Below the pieces are notes generated by a model. That model worked only from the letters and a program-made list of their open reading frames with translations. It ran no database searches and was not told the origin of the DNA. Source: Nitrososphaeria archaeon (GTDB lineage: Archaea; Thermoproteota; Nitrososphaeria; JACIWG01). From it: a DNA stretch of 64,000 nucleotides. The DNA lies in NCBI GenBank assembly GCA_963752255.1, contig CAVVXT010000019.1, positions 256,001 to 320,000 on the forward strand. Reading direction: 5' to 3'. Within the stretch, counting starts at the first letter, position 1. Each line of letters starts with the position of its first letter. A program made the translations under genes and the position numbers. Positions 50,238 to 61,699 of the stretch are shown one piece after another.

Positions 50238-51508
50238 ATGCTCTCATCTGATGTACCGCAGCTGGTTTGGAGGGCCTTTGCACTAGTGCTACTGGGAATG
50301 ATATTTCTTAACACACTTTTTGTCTGGATCGCCTTTGTCTTCCTGTTCTTCCTTGTTCTGGCTCTAGCTATTGAGCAGCCTAAAAGCGTTCATATCCAGA
50401 GAGTTAGAGGTGAGATTAAAGCCTCTGTTAATGATGTAATTAAGCTGGAGGAACATATCACCGTCGAAGAAGGCAGAGGTATAGTAACAGTCGCTGATAA
50501 GCTGCCGGAGCACTTCGAACTTGAGTCAGATGGAGAAGATTGTCACAAGAACTTTAGGGTGTTCTGGAAAAGCGACGGGACCTTGTCTGAGGACATGTCA
50601 TATAATGTTAAGCTGACTAAAGAGGAAATTACGAGATAGATCCTCCCATCTATGAATCTTTGCACACTACGAACCTAAGACAGGTCGAAGTCGGATTTGG
50701 AAACGGCCCTCTAAAACTTATTGTGAGACATCGCCCTATCAATGTAAGAAAATTAAGAGATCCGAATGTGCTTTCACAGATACCCATGCCGTTAGGAGCG
50801 ACAACCTCGTTCGGTGTTCGCACAAACGAATTCATGGAGCTAAGAGAATACAGGCACGGAGACCCCTATAGCAGAATAAACTGGAAGGCTACGGCGCGGC
50901 TCAGTTGTCGAAGACCAAACTCAACCCCACTGGTGAACGATTACGAAAGTGAAGGGAAGAAGACGGTTTGGTTCTTCTTAGACTCCTCCATGAACATGCG
51001 CATAGGCACCGAAATAGATAACGCGTTTGAATATGCCATAAAAGCTATATCAGGCCTTTCACAGTTCTACCTTTCGAGGAACTGTAGAGTAGCGCTGAAC
51101 GTTTACAATTGCGGTAGGACTATCCTTCCAGATACGGGCAGAAGGCAGGAATACAGGATAGCAAAGGAACTCGGAAGAGTCGAAATGAACGAACTCCATG
51201 GAACCCTCAAGCAGGCAATCGAAGACAACAAATGGCATCTAGTAGGCCAAAACCCTCTTTTCATCGTCATCACAATGGTGAGGAAAGAAAATTTGAGCGA
51301 ACTTTTACAGGGCATAAAAAGTATGCGCCTCTATTCAACGGTCGGACGAGCGCAGATTATCATCATACACGTGATGGGTTACGACATCGCGGCGAGGGGT
51401 TCTTTTGAAGAGTCTGGTGCCCGGCTGCTTGACCTATCAAACCTTGCATTGTTAAGGTCATTGGGAAGGGCTGGAGCCCTTGTTGTGCCCTGGAACACCA
51501 AGACTTAG
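50238..51508 (+). CDS. DUF58 protein, split by a -1 indel near 50620
   Basis: N-terminal TMs, (KRGNY), EFMELREYRHGD..INWKATAR, FLDSS; may extend to TGA 51550. Confidence 0.88.
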
Positions 51509-51546
51509 ATAATACTTAAGCCCATGTTAGCGAGGGCGAGAACTAG

Positions 51547-52278
51547 ATGAAATCATTGAGCACAAGTCATAATATATCGCTCCTAGAACTTATGGCTGGG
51601 ATCACCATTTTTAGTCTGTCTTTCTACATATTTGCTAGAAGCTTTACGAGCACCATGATACTAAATATTCTTACGTCGATTTCTCCTTTTAAGTGGTCTT
51701 TAGACACGCTTTTTATCAGCCTAATTGTGCTTATCCTTTTAGGATTTGCGCACGACACAGAAAGTGGAGGATGGCCTTTAGCTGAAACAATGTCATGGAT
51801 CCTGCTTTTGCCCAGCCTTCTAGGATATTCAAATACAGACTTCCTGAGACTCTTCGGCGTCTCCCTAAACCTTGCAATGTTTAAGCCTGATGCACCGGTT
51901 CCATTTATCCTTGGAACAGGAGTTCTGTTAGCCGCAGGGGACCTCTTCTTCTTCAACATGGAGAGCCTGCAGTGGATCAGATCGAGGCTCAGCTTAAGGG
52001 GTGCACCGAGAAGGGACATCGACTTGGTGATTTGGAAGGATTTCGTATTTCTATCCGGCATTACCATCGCGAGCACAGTCCTAACTTTCAGCGGTGGCAT
52101 ATCTTCCCTTTTTCTAGCCGATATATTTTCAAATCTAGTGTCTAAGTTTCATCTTATTTTTATAATCCTGCCGGTTGTAGCAAGCGCGATCATCTCCATC
52201 ACACTTTTACTTTATCTGAGGAAGACAGGTGAACCCAGTCAAAAAGAGACTTTGTTAGGAGCATCTGAGGGAAGATGA
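51547..52278 (+). CDS. multi-pass membrane protein of the MoxR operon
   Basis: About six hydrophobic segments; ATGA coupling to the next gene. Confidence 0.8.
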   Translation: MKSLSTSHNISLLELMAGITIFSLSFYIFARSFTSTMILNILTSISPFKWSLDTLFISLIVLILLGFAHDTESGGWPLAETMSWILLLPSLLGYSNTDFLRLFGVSLNLAMFKPDAPVPFILGTGVLLAAGDLFFFNMESLQWIRSRLSLRGAPRRDIDLVIWKDFVFLSGITIASTVLTFSGGISSLFLADIFSNLVSKFHLIFIILPVVASAIISITLLLYLRKTGEPSQKETLLGASEGR

Positions 52279-55200
52279 GAGCAGTCTCTACAAAGGGAAG
52301 CGGCAGAAGGAGGGTCCGATTACTCGCCGTTTTAGTCATCCTAATATTATCGACAACCTTGTTAGTCGCCGCCTTAAACCTTATGAACGGAAGTGTGCAG
52401 TTCGCAGGTTCAGGAGTGCAGATAGGGAATGTTGTTGAAGTGGAGCTGGTTATCAAGTACGTGAATGGTTCGCTGAATTTGGTCCTACCTTTACAGACCA
52501 ACTATACTAAGGCAAGTAACAGTACACTTTTCCTTATTATCGGAAGCACTGGAACGAGCTACATGCGAAACTTTGTGGGAGAAACGTACTCTAATGGTCA
52601 ATGGTACGACAATTCTTCAAATGCCGTAGGATACGGGGGGGAAAGTTGGACCTTGCGGCACCAGAGTACGTGAATTCTGAAACGGAGAAAAACGTCATCA
52701 TAGCACCAGCTGCAGACCTTCAAGGTATAATACCAACAATGAAGGACACCAGCATCGTATCTATGCTGCCACAGTCTACGCAGACAAACCTCTTATACTA
52801 CCAGGATCAGGAACTATTCTATTCGTCCAAAGCTTTTGACAGCCCTTATAATTTGTCATATGCTATCTACAACTTTGATCCCCAAGTTTTGAATAACGCA
52901 ACCGTGGAGGAGGATACAAGATACCTCTCGGTTCCAGAGTCACTAGCTAAAGACCTAAAAAGTTTGGCCGAAAATATCACAAAAAACGCGGCATCTCCAT
53001 ACGAAAAGGCTAAAGAATTGGAGTCTTACCTACAAAGCAACTACGTCTACAGCCAGAATTTTACAGCAGCACAAAACGGTGTAGACCCGATTGAGTGGTT
53101 TCTATTCCACGACAAGAGAGGGGTTTGCACCCAGTTCAATACAGCCTTCGTTTTAATGGCCAGGACCCTGGGGCTGACAGCTAGGCTAGTAGGGGGTTAC
53201 GCGATAAACAGCACAAAGGAAGATCAAGAAGTTACTCAGCAAGAATCTCATGCCTATTCAGAGATTTTATTTAACGGCTTTGGATGGGTGACCTTTGACG
53301 CGACAGCTCCCCTTGTAAATAAGGTGGAGGTGAAACCCGTCAATAACGTTATAGAGCCCCACTACAACCAGAGCGATATACCAGGCCATGTCAAAACATA
53401 TACGACAATTCTCTCCAGCAACAAAATTGGGGTTAATGGCGACAATTTCACTGTCACTGGAACGGTCACCAGCAGAACTTGGTTCTATGGTGGAACAGTC
53501 ATCAGCGGCCTTATAGTTCAAATCACGCTAGCAAAGAATAAAACGGAACAGTCTACAGTTTATTCTTCAGTTTATTCTACTGGAAAAGTCTACAGTTTAA
53601 TCAACAGTCAGTTTATTCAACAAAGCACATTTGTAGGTGATGGATTAGTCAATAACGGGTTCTTCAACATCACATGCACGATTCCAAGCAACTTTACATC
53701 CGGTGACTACAACGTAATCGCAAGAACCCTTGGAAACGGCATCTATAACGGTTCATCAAGCGACCCTATCATGACTGTTATGACTAGAACCGAAATAAAC
53801 TTGATTACACCGCAAGAAGTCGTTTATGGCAGACCCTTTTATGTTAATGGTACACTCGAGGAGTTTGGGACTGAAAAACCAATATCGAACACGATGGTAA
53901 CTCTGGACGTTGATTCGCTCCCAAGAACGTTGATCACGGACAAAAATGGCGTCTTTTCTATACCCATTGCACTATCAGGATACGGGGTTCATAATGTGAC
54001 AGCTAGTTTCTCAGGATTACAATATTATCTTGAAAGCCTAAGTGAAAAGCAGGTCAAGGTCCCTGAATTCTCCATAACACCTCTGTCTGACAACATAATT
54101 CGAGGCGAAAACAATTCTCTTGCAGCAATAGTCATGGCCGAAGACCTACCGGTAGAAAAAGAGGATGTCCTTATCAACATGAACGGGACAGCAATATCTT
54201 CCGCCACAACTAATGCAAATGGCTACATGTTCTCATCCTACAATGCTTCTCCTGACCTCAAGATAGGAAACGTTACCCTCGACTACAAACTTAAGAACTT
54301 TGAAAACGAAGAGAACCAGACCGTCAAAGTGATGGCTAAGACATTTATTTCAGTAGAAACAACAAACTTTTTGGGGAAACAGATTGACATCACTCCGAAG
54401 CTAGTTGACAACTTGGGGACTCCAATCGTAGGACAAAACCTATCCGCTAGCTCGAACAGAACATCTGCTTCTTCTCTTGGAATAACCGACGGCGGAGGAA
54501 GGACGTCCCTCAAATTAGAATTACCTAATCCGGCTATGTCTAATAATATTGCCTGCAGTATCAGGTTCAACGGCAGCAAATACCTTCTGCCATCAGAACT
54601 CATTCTAATCCTGACCCCTTCGCAAGAGTCATCAGCCTTCATAAACGCTATATTAGTTGTTGCAATCCTAGCTATAATTGGCTTCTCTATTGCCATGTTC
54701 TCGATCAAGGATCGTCTGAAGAGGCAGAAGGCTATTACTGAACAGGCAATTGGATACCAAGGACAAGATGAAGACAGCCGAAGACAATTTTTTATTTCTT
54801 TCCCCCAGATACTGGAACAATTTGCGTTAGTTTGGGGAGAACGTGAACCACTGGAGGTTCAGGTGAAGATTAACACAACACAACACAAAGACGCGTACAT
54901 TATCGTGGATGACGGGAGGATGGGAAAGCTCGAACTTAGGGTAGGTGAAGAATTAATGAAGTTCGTCCTAGAAAAGGGCACTCACACATTTGCAATAGTG
55001 GAAGAAGACAACGAAATCGCCGAAGTTAAAGTCAGGATAGTGGACTACAGGGAAGAAGTGGTTCAGCTCTACAGCGAATACTTTTTATCGCTTAAGAAAA
55101 AGGATCCCAGAATCGTTGAAGAGACAACGCCGAGAGAGTTTCAATCAATAGTTAAAGGGAGCGTGCCATCTAACAAGCATCGTTCATTGGAATCTGTGGT

Positions 55201-55306
55201 CTCTCTGTTTGAAGTTGCTAACTTTAGTCTCCATACTATAGGGAGAAGACAGTATGAGGAAATGTATATCGACCTTCTTGAGTTGAAACAAAATGAATCT
55301 GGTTGA
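52275..55306 (+). CDS. exported transglutaminase-like protein with Ig-like repeats and C-terminal TM/DUF4129-like domain, split near G7 at 52635
   Basis: Catalytic C (GVCTQF), H (HAYSE), D (WVTFDAT); many NxS/T sequons; TPREF motif. Confidence 0.88.
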
Positions 55307-56670
55307 GGAAAAAATTATGCAAGAGAATATGAAGGAAAATCTTGAAGTTAGACGGAGAAGTGGCCAGGCATCAAAGGAGGCTTTACAGACTAAAAGAAAT
55401 TCTAAATCGGTTATTAAAACGACTATCTTTATATTTGTAGCACTTGTCATACTGAGTCAGCTTTTTTTCTACGTCGGTTCGAACTGGGGTCAAATTTTTT
55501 GGGGCAAATTTTTCATGTACTTATATTATCCAATATCAGGCATTATCATTGTCGTTTATACAATAGAAATGTTTGGTCAGTTCTTTGAAGGCGATTTTGT
55601 TAAGGCCATATCCAACCACATGGAAGTCCCGGTTATGATAGTCACCTTTACGCTTACCCTGTTCAATCCCCAAATCGTGTTTCCCAACTCCTACAAGACT
55701 GCAGGGTATTGGATCATTGGAACAGCATTGGTTTGGGTCACCCACATTATAATAAAAGCTTATTCGAGGATCGAGAGTACCTTCACATTTGCAGCTCTCC
55801 TGACCATCACCGGATATACGACGAAGACAATAATAGAATCCTATATGGGTTTAAATCCTGATCTCCCATTTTCACCGGGCAACATCGTTTTTTACTGCTT
55901 TCTAGGCAACTGCTGCTCTATCACTGTTATCCTTCTTCAAGTACTCTAGTAAAGACTACCTTTACTATATCGGAAACAAGCTGAACAGTCACACCGTATT
56001 GTTTGGCATAGGGGTTGTTGCATTCTTTGTTCAGGTATACCTGCTGGACATCAGGCCTTCCTTCCCAGCATCGATTTCTCCGTATCTTTTAGTCGCCGAA
56101 TGGACCGCTGTCTGCATCATCTCATTCGCGGTCTTCAAGAGTGTGAGAGACCATCTCTTGAATGTCTCACAGACCTTGAAGTTTGGCGAATGGACTGTGC
56201 TAACACAGAAGATAACCAACAAGAAGGAGGAACTAGACGTCATGTCGGACTTCATTGATGACGGAAAAAAGGAACGCCTGTTAATGCTAATTTCTCATAT
56301 CCTTCTTTCCAACAACATCCCATATAAGATCGGTGAAGAAGCAATAGGAGAGCTTGTGCAATACCGCGACCCTGAACCTCCAAAGATCGTATCAAAGCGG
56401 ATGGCTGGAGAAATGAGAGAAGAGAATAGAAGAAACAGGCAGAGGATACTGGAGAAGACGCTCAAAACCGTGGAAGATGCAATCAACAAAAACTATCTTT
56501 CGAATAACGATAGGCAATTCATAGAACCGGGTGAACTTCCGGATAGTTCCAATGTATTGAAAAGATGCAGCCAGTGCGGAAAGGAATTTCCAGTAAGGTT
56601 TGGAGACTGCCCATTTTGTTATGTAAGACAGACTTCCCAAAGAATAGATCTTCCTGAAGAATATATCTGA
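55293..56670 (+). CDS. multi-pass membrane protein with C-terminal zinc ribbon, split by an indel near 55890-55906
   Basis: Two adjacent hydrophobic ORFs joinable by a one-base deletion; CSQC..CPFC. Confidence 0.7.
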
Positions 56671-56752
56671 ATGTGTGGTTTTTAATTCTCGCATATTAAC
56701 CTATCAGAAACAATAACTATATTTGAATGAAACATATAAGAATTGATTTAAC

Positions 56753-57685
56753 GTGTACATGGGGATGAATGCTAGACCCATCAGTACGTATTCGATAATT
56801 GCGATAAGTAAAAAAGAAAATTTAATGGGCGTAGCGGTGCAATCGCACTGGTTCTCCGTTGGTTCAGTCGTTCCCTGGGCTGAATCAGGTGTAGGAGTCG
56901 TTGCCACCCAGTCGATGACTGAGCCTAGTTACGGCCCCTTAGGCCTGTTTCTTATGAAAGCTGGCATTAGAGCAGGAAAAACGCTTGAGGCGCTTTTAAC
57001 AACCGATCCTAAAGAAGACGTCAGGCAGGTCGCTATGCTGGATACAACCGACGGAATAGCGGCGCACACAGGCACCCACTGTATTCCTGAATCAGGACAC
57101 CTAATAGGGGATGACTTCAGTGTTCAGGCTAACCTAATGAAGAGCAAGGAAGTTTGGCCTGCTATGGCTTCCGCTTTTAGAAGCAGTGAAGGAACTTTCA
57201 TAAGACGGCTGATGTCCGCTTTAGAGGCCGCTGAAGACGTTGGAGGCGATATTAGAGGGAGACAGTCCGCTGCGATACTTGTCGTAAAATGTCGGTCAAC
57301 CGGCAGACCTTGGGAAGATAAGGTCATCGACCTAAGAGTAGAGGACCATCCTGAGCCGCTTAAGGAACTCAACAGATTGATAACAATCAGCGAAGCCTGC
57401 GAGATTAACAACATTGGAGATGACTTGATCGCACAGGGAAAGGTCAAAGAGGCAATCAAAGAGTACAGGTTGGCAAACAGGAAAGCACCAGAGATATTGG
57501 AGCTTAAGTTTTGGCAGGTGGTATCATTGCTCAATAGCGGCAACCTCGAAACTGCTAGGGAAATCCTTAAAGATGTTCTGGTCGCCGACAGAAGATGGAA
57601 GAAGATTCTGTTATCTCTTCCCCGACCTTCTATACTATCTGTGGATGAGGAAACCCTGTATAAAATTGTAAACGAACCTAGATAG
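56753..57685 (+). CDS. DUF1028 (Ntn-hydrolase-like) protein with TPR tail
   Basis: TYSI, GVAVQS, ATQS, GGDIRGRQSAA, DLRVEDH. Confidence 0.92.
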   Translation: MYMGMNARPISTYSIIAISKKENLMGVAVQSHWFSVGSVVPWAESGVGVVATQSMTEPSYGPLGLFLMKAGIRAGKTLEALLTTDPKEDVRQVAMLDTTDGIAAHTGTHCIPESGHLIGDDFSVQANLMKSKEVWPAMASAFRSSEGTFIRRLMSALEAAEDVGGDIRGRQSAAILVVKCRSTGRPWEDKVIDLRVEDHPEPLKELNRLITISEACEINNIGDDLIAQGKVKEAIKEYRLANRKAPEILELKFWQVVSLLNSGNLETAREILKDVLVADRRWKKILLSLPRPSILSVDEETLYKIVNEPR

Positions 57686-57859
57686 GATATCGCTGAAATA
57701 AACGAACGCAAATTGATGAATCTAAGAACGTGGCCGATTTAAATACAAGGATCCGATCTTAAAGACAAGAATCTTATTCAATTATGGCGTTTTAAAATTT
57801 AAGCGGTGACAGTGCCACACCTCCCACCAAATTTTATCTAACATCAGTTCCCATAAAGA

Positions 57860-57940
57860 TATCGGATTTGCGTCAGATTAGCGTCAGATTTTGCGTCAGA
57901 TAATGCGTCAGAAAAGACGTCAGATTTCACGCCATCTGAC
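57860..57940. repeat. iteron-like array: 5 x CGTCAGA plus one inverted copy
   Basis: Copies at 57871, 57882, 57894, 57906, 57918; ATCTGAC at 57934. Confidence 0.9.
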
Positions 57941-58002
57941 ACTATAGTTTTATATCCTATATACTGTACTCTATGGCTTTCCTAGGATGTTTGTCTGGGG
58001 CA

Positions 58003-58938
58003 TCATGCTATCGCCCTTAATCCCTTTTCCGTCAACTCCACCCTTACCCCTAGGTCGCTCTTGTAGGGGTTGACGTATCCTCCCTTTTCCATCTTGTCCA
58101 GGAAGTCGCTGGGTCCCTGTCTAGATGTTAAGCCTAAAACTTTTTTCCCCCACCAACTGTAAGAATGGGGGTCTTTGATCTTGTCGATCTTCCTGAGTCT
58201 GTCTATATCCTTGTCGCTAAGTTCGGAATATTCTATGATGGGTTCAGTTTCCGACTTAATGACAACGTCGTACGTTCTCTGGTCCAACAAGCCAAAGTTT
58301 AATATTTTGTTCAAAAAATCGTTAACCCCCTTTCCAGAGCTAAGACCCTTCATCCAATCAATGAAAGAATAAGATAGCTCTATCTCATCTGAATATCCTG
58401 TTACTAGAAATCCCATCGTCTTCTCATAGGTCTTTTTGATTTTAACATCTGATGACACCTTATTTCCTTCTGTTAGATATTTAAGAAGGCTCATAGGAGT
58501 TCTAAATAGAAAGATAGATTCCAAACCAGTGTCTTTAGGGCTAAAATATTCTGAAAGGTAGCAATGAGGATAGGGTCTGAATGAACCTATAGCTTCTGCA
58601 TCTACAATAATGTGAATCTTTGACATCCAGTCCAAACAGTTCACATCACCTTTACTTTCGTAGTAAAGCTTAAGCTCAGGGAAGTGTAAGAAATTAAAAT
58701 TCAGCGCACATAGTGCCAAGTCAAGATATGATAGCTTTGTGAATCTATGGCGAAACGCTTCTTTTATATTTTTGTCTTGTTCAAGTTGTCTATCATACTT
58801 CGAATAGTCCTTCCAATCCCATTTCACAATATCTGATCTAACAATCGAATCATAAGCTGATCGGTCTTTTTCCTTTAAAAAGCCTAGTGCTTCGGATATA
58901 GTCAATCCCTTATATCGTATACCTAATACAGCTGCCAT
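58003..58938 (-). CDS. orphan protein with C-terminal MarR-like winged helix
   Basis: 311-aa ORF; LSDKDIDRL..LDKMEKGGYV..VELTEKG wing motif. Confidence 0.75.
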   Translation of the reverse strand: MAAVLGIRYKGLTISEALGFLKEKDRSAYDSIVRSDIVKWDWKDYSKYDRQLEQDKNIKEAFRHRFTKLSYLDLALCALNFNFLHFPELKLYYESKGDVNCLDWMSKIHIIVDAEAIGSFRPYPHCYLSEYFSPKDTGLESIFLFRTPMSLLKYLTEGNKVSSDVKIKKTYEKTMGFLVTGYSDEIELSYSFIDWMKGLSSGKGVNDFLNKILNFGLLDQRTYDVVIKSETEPIIEYSELSDKDIDRLRKIDKIKDPHSYSWWGKKVLGLTSRQGPSDFLDKMEKGGYVNPYKSDLGVRVELTEKGLRAIA

Positions 58939-59485
58939 ATACTATTTTATTATGTGCATCTCCCCTTTAAAAATATACAGTAAACGCATAGATTATACGA
59001 CTTCTACAAAATGTCAGAAATTGTTTGATTTTTAATTGATCGTCTCTTTGGTGTAGGACATTCTCTCTGCACGATATCTTATAGAGCTCACCGCTTATCA
59101 TTTTTCCCGTAAATTCGAAATGTCCAATGTCTCACTCATGATTTTGATTCTACTTTAATAGACTATTTTTAAGTGACATTTAATTTAAAATACCTGTTTC
59201 TAACGCATTACCACTAAAACTTGAAGACTGATTTAATTTGTTCCATTTAGAAAACAGTAAATAGAAAGTTGATTTATACGCATTTGGGAACCAATTAGCT
59301 AAGCTCTTAACTAAAAACAGGCACATTGGCCCCAAAATCCGCCAACTGCAAGTGTTAAGAGACCGATAAGTTATCACATTCTTGGGAAAGGCGTGTATAA
59401 ATTTCGAATTTAAAACAAGTTTATCATTTTTACAAATAAGATGGATTTTTTGAAAATGATCGTATAACTCAGGAAGTCATTAAAC

Positions 59486-59522
59486 CCCCAAGCTGTATGT
59501 CATGGGTTCAAATCCCACCGGT
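59486..59522 (+). pseudogene. tRNA 3'-half remnant (possible att site)
   Basis: ..CCCAAGCTGTATGTC ATGGG TTCAAAT CCCAC CGG: T-arm with one mismatch, no 5' half. Confidence 0.6.
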
Positions 59523-60181
59523 TTCAGACGCTCAAGACACCAATGGAGTCCCAGGGCCAGAAATACCCTGACACAGTTGCCATTTCGGACGGAGGGTCAA
59601 GCTGTTGAACGCAAATCAGTCTCCCCAGGACCTGGCAGGGGAGAATCCACTAGTATTGCCTTCTAAGTCTGACTTGCAGATATCTTTGTCAAAGTAGTAA
59701 TTCTATTCAAAAATAGCTTGTTTCAACCTTCACGTGTAAATAACAAAAATAGAATACATTATCTCTTAAACAATAAACGCTCTGATGATTATTCCCTAGG
59801 TCTAAACAAAATGAGGAAAGAAAATATTATAGATATGACTAGGATTCCAAGAGGAAATTCTATGGAGAAGATAATGGCTGGCAAGTCAAAATATCATTGC
59901 CTAGGCGTGAGATCTTATTGGGTTCTTGAAAAAAACAAATAGTAGAGTGAGCTAACAATAATGACAACCACTGCAACAATCCAAGATTCCACTGGCAAAG
60001 AGAACATTAGAATCAGGCAGCTGATTATTCAGAGATGCTATCACTTAAAAACTCTGCGATTCGAATGGAGAGGAGACTTCTAAGGTTTCTGAAATAGAGA
60101 AGATAGTTAAAGAACTCAAGCAGAAAAGGCTAGAGATAAACTAAACTGCATAAGAACTTCTAATCTAATCTCTAACATTAA

Positions 60182-60210
60182 CCCGAATATGTACGGGAAA
60201 TTATTAATAA
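60182..60210 (+). promoter_or_regulatory. CCCG-N8-CGGG operator abutting BRE/TATA (copy 3)
   Basis: CCCG aatatgta CGGG AAA TTATTAATAA. Confidence 0.6.
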
Positions 60211-60244
60211 GGAGCACGTTACCAATGAGGATAGAGCGAGTATC

Positions 60245-60442
60245 ATGAGCATAACGAAAAGCATATTGGAACATGCAAAGAAGCATGTTGAGTACCCAAC
60301 TACTAAGAAAAAATTGATGGAGGCTTGTAACAACTTTTCGGATATCCCCAAAGAGGAATCTGAATATTTCGCTAAGAACTTGCCTGAAAAAATCTATAAG
60401 GAACCAATTGACGTGTTTCGGGCATTGCTTGAGAAGATCTGA
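60245..60442 (+). CDS. small DUF2795-like protein
   Basis: HVEYPTTKKKLMEAC..LPEKIY..DVFRAL. Confidence 0.75.
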   Translation: MSITKSILEHAKKHVEYPTTKKKLMEACNNFSDIPKEESEYFAKNLPEKIYKEPIDVFRALLEKI

Positions 60443-60524
60443 AAAGCCTCATCCCCTATTTTTTATTCTAGGGATAAACTAACTCAAATATCCTATGTGT
60501 TATAATATATAAAAATAGGCGAAA

Positions 60525-60563
60525 CCCATTTTCGATGGAATAGATTCCAATCGAGAAAATGGG
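60525..60563. terminator. hairpin between convergent genes
   Basis: CCCATTTTC-GAT-GGAA taga TTCC-a-ATC-ga-GAAAATGGG. Confidence 0.45.
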
Positions 60564-60603
60564 CAATTATGCAAGAGTCGATCGACGGATTCCTTGTTCG
60601 TTC

Positions 60604-60996
60604 TTACTTCTTGGCCTGTTTGCTTAGGTATTCACCTATTTGTGCTGTCTCTTTAGCGAAGGTCTCGTAGGGGTAGTTTTGGGCGTGAATCATGGCGCTC
60701 CACCTGGAGGTGTAGCTGGCTAGGAACGCAATCTCGGCAAATTCCTCTGGTGTGGCTCCATACAGTTGGGCTGCACTCTTGTGGAAGAGCTGGCAATACG
60801 GACATTTTATGTTAGCTGCTACCGACAACCCCATGAGCTCCCTGTACTTTGCTGGTATCTTGCTCTCTCCGAGAACGTACTTTTTGAAAAGAGGCCAATC
60901 GTGATTAAGGACATCCTGTGGTAGTCCTTTCATGAAGCCTGGGACAATTCCGAGGCTTTTCTCAATATCTTTTAACGTATCTTGATATTCGTTCAT
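60604..60996 (-). CDS. carboxymuconolactone decarboxylase/AhpD-like protein
   Basis: IPAKYRELMGLSVA..CPYC..H..GATPEE. Confidence 0.9.
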   Translation of the reverse strand: MNEYQDTLKDIEKSLGIVPGFMKGLPQDVLNHDWPLFKKYVLGESKIPAKYRELMGLSVAANIKCPYCQLFHKSAAQLYGATPEEFAEIAFLASYTSRWSAMIHAQNYPYETFAKETAQIGEYLSKQAKK

Positions 60997-61233
60997 TTAT
61001 ATCGTAAATAAATGCGCAATCATTTATTTAAATATTTCCAATTAATAAGAATAAATAGCAAATTTTTTTTATTTTTTATTCTATCGCCAACTCTGGCGGA
61101 TTAGTCCAATGATCGAAGGTGCTAGGGTCTATTTCAAAAGACATAACCTTACTTTTATCCAGGATATTCTGAACTGTTAGAAATAAAGTAGACTACTTCT
61201 CTTGTTTCCGCCTCAAATGGGTTTCCACTAATT

Positions 61234-61572
61234 CTATACTTTGGCGATCAGTGCAAGTGTGGCGCCCACGATGCCGAGTACGGCACCAATCAATACGCCC
61301 ACAGAAGGGAAAAACCAGTAGGCTAAGAGGCTAACGGTGGAGAAGACCAGTATCATAGATCCCCACGCGATACAGCACACACGTAAGCCCATCGTGCCTT
61401 CACTAGGACGAACCTTGAGCATGATGGCAGAAACCAACACGAGTGTTCCTGACACTATTCCCAGAATCATTCCGCTCTCCCCAATCGTTGTGTAGATGCT
61501 ACCCAGAACAATCAAGATACCAGCAACCAGTGAGATGACAATTGCTGCGGTGACCATCTTAGGTTCTGACAT
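61234..61572 (-). CDS. small 4-TM membrane protein
   Basis: Hydrophobic glycine-rich helices; AAGGTG SD. Confidence 0.75.
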   Translation of the reverse strand: MSEPKMVTAAIVISLVAGILIVLGSIYTTIGESGMILGIVSGTLVLVSAIMLKVRPSEGTMGLRVCCIAWGSMILVFSTVSLLAYWFFPSVGVLIGAVLGIVGATLALIAKV

Positions 61573-61699
61573 CTTTACACCTTTACGAAGGATTTGACGT
61601 CCAATATATTTAACTCTATTCCTTCTTTCTGGTGGTAATGTAAAATTGTGTGGTGAAGTAAAAAAATAAATAAATAATCAAAAAAATAAGAGTTTATCA

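Noticed and set aside
57860-57940. CRISPR array
   Set aside because: Repeat unit is 7-9 bp with 3-5 bp spacers; no cas genes in the window
59105-59120. Fourth CCCG-N8-CGGG site (TCCCGTAAATTCGAAA)
   Set aside because: Spacing and second half-site are wrong; no gene at the expected distance
59718-60144. ORF 59718-59942 and neighbouring fragments
   Set aside because: No recognisable motifs and several stops; probably decayed sequence
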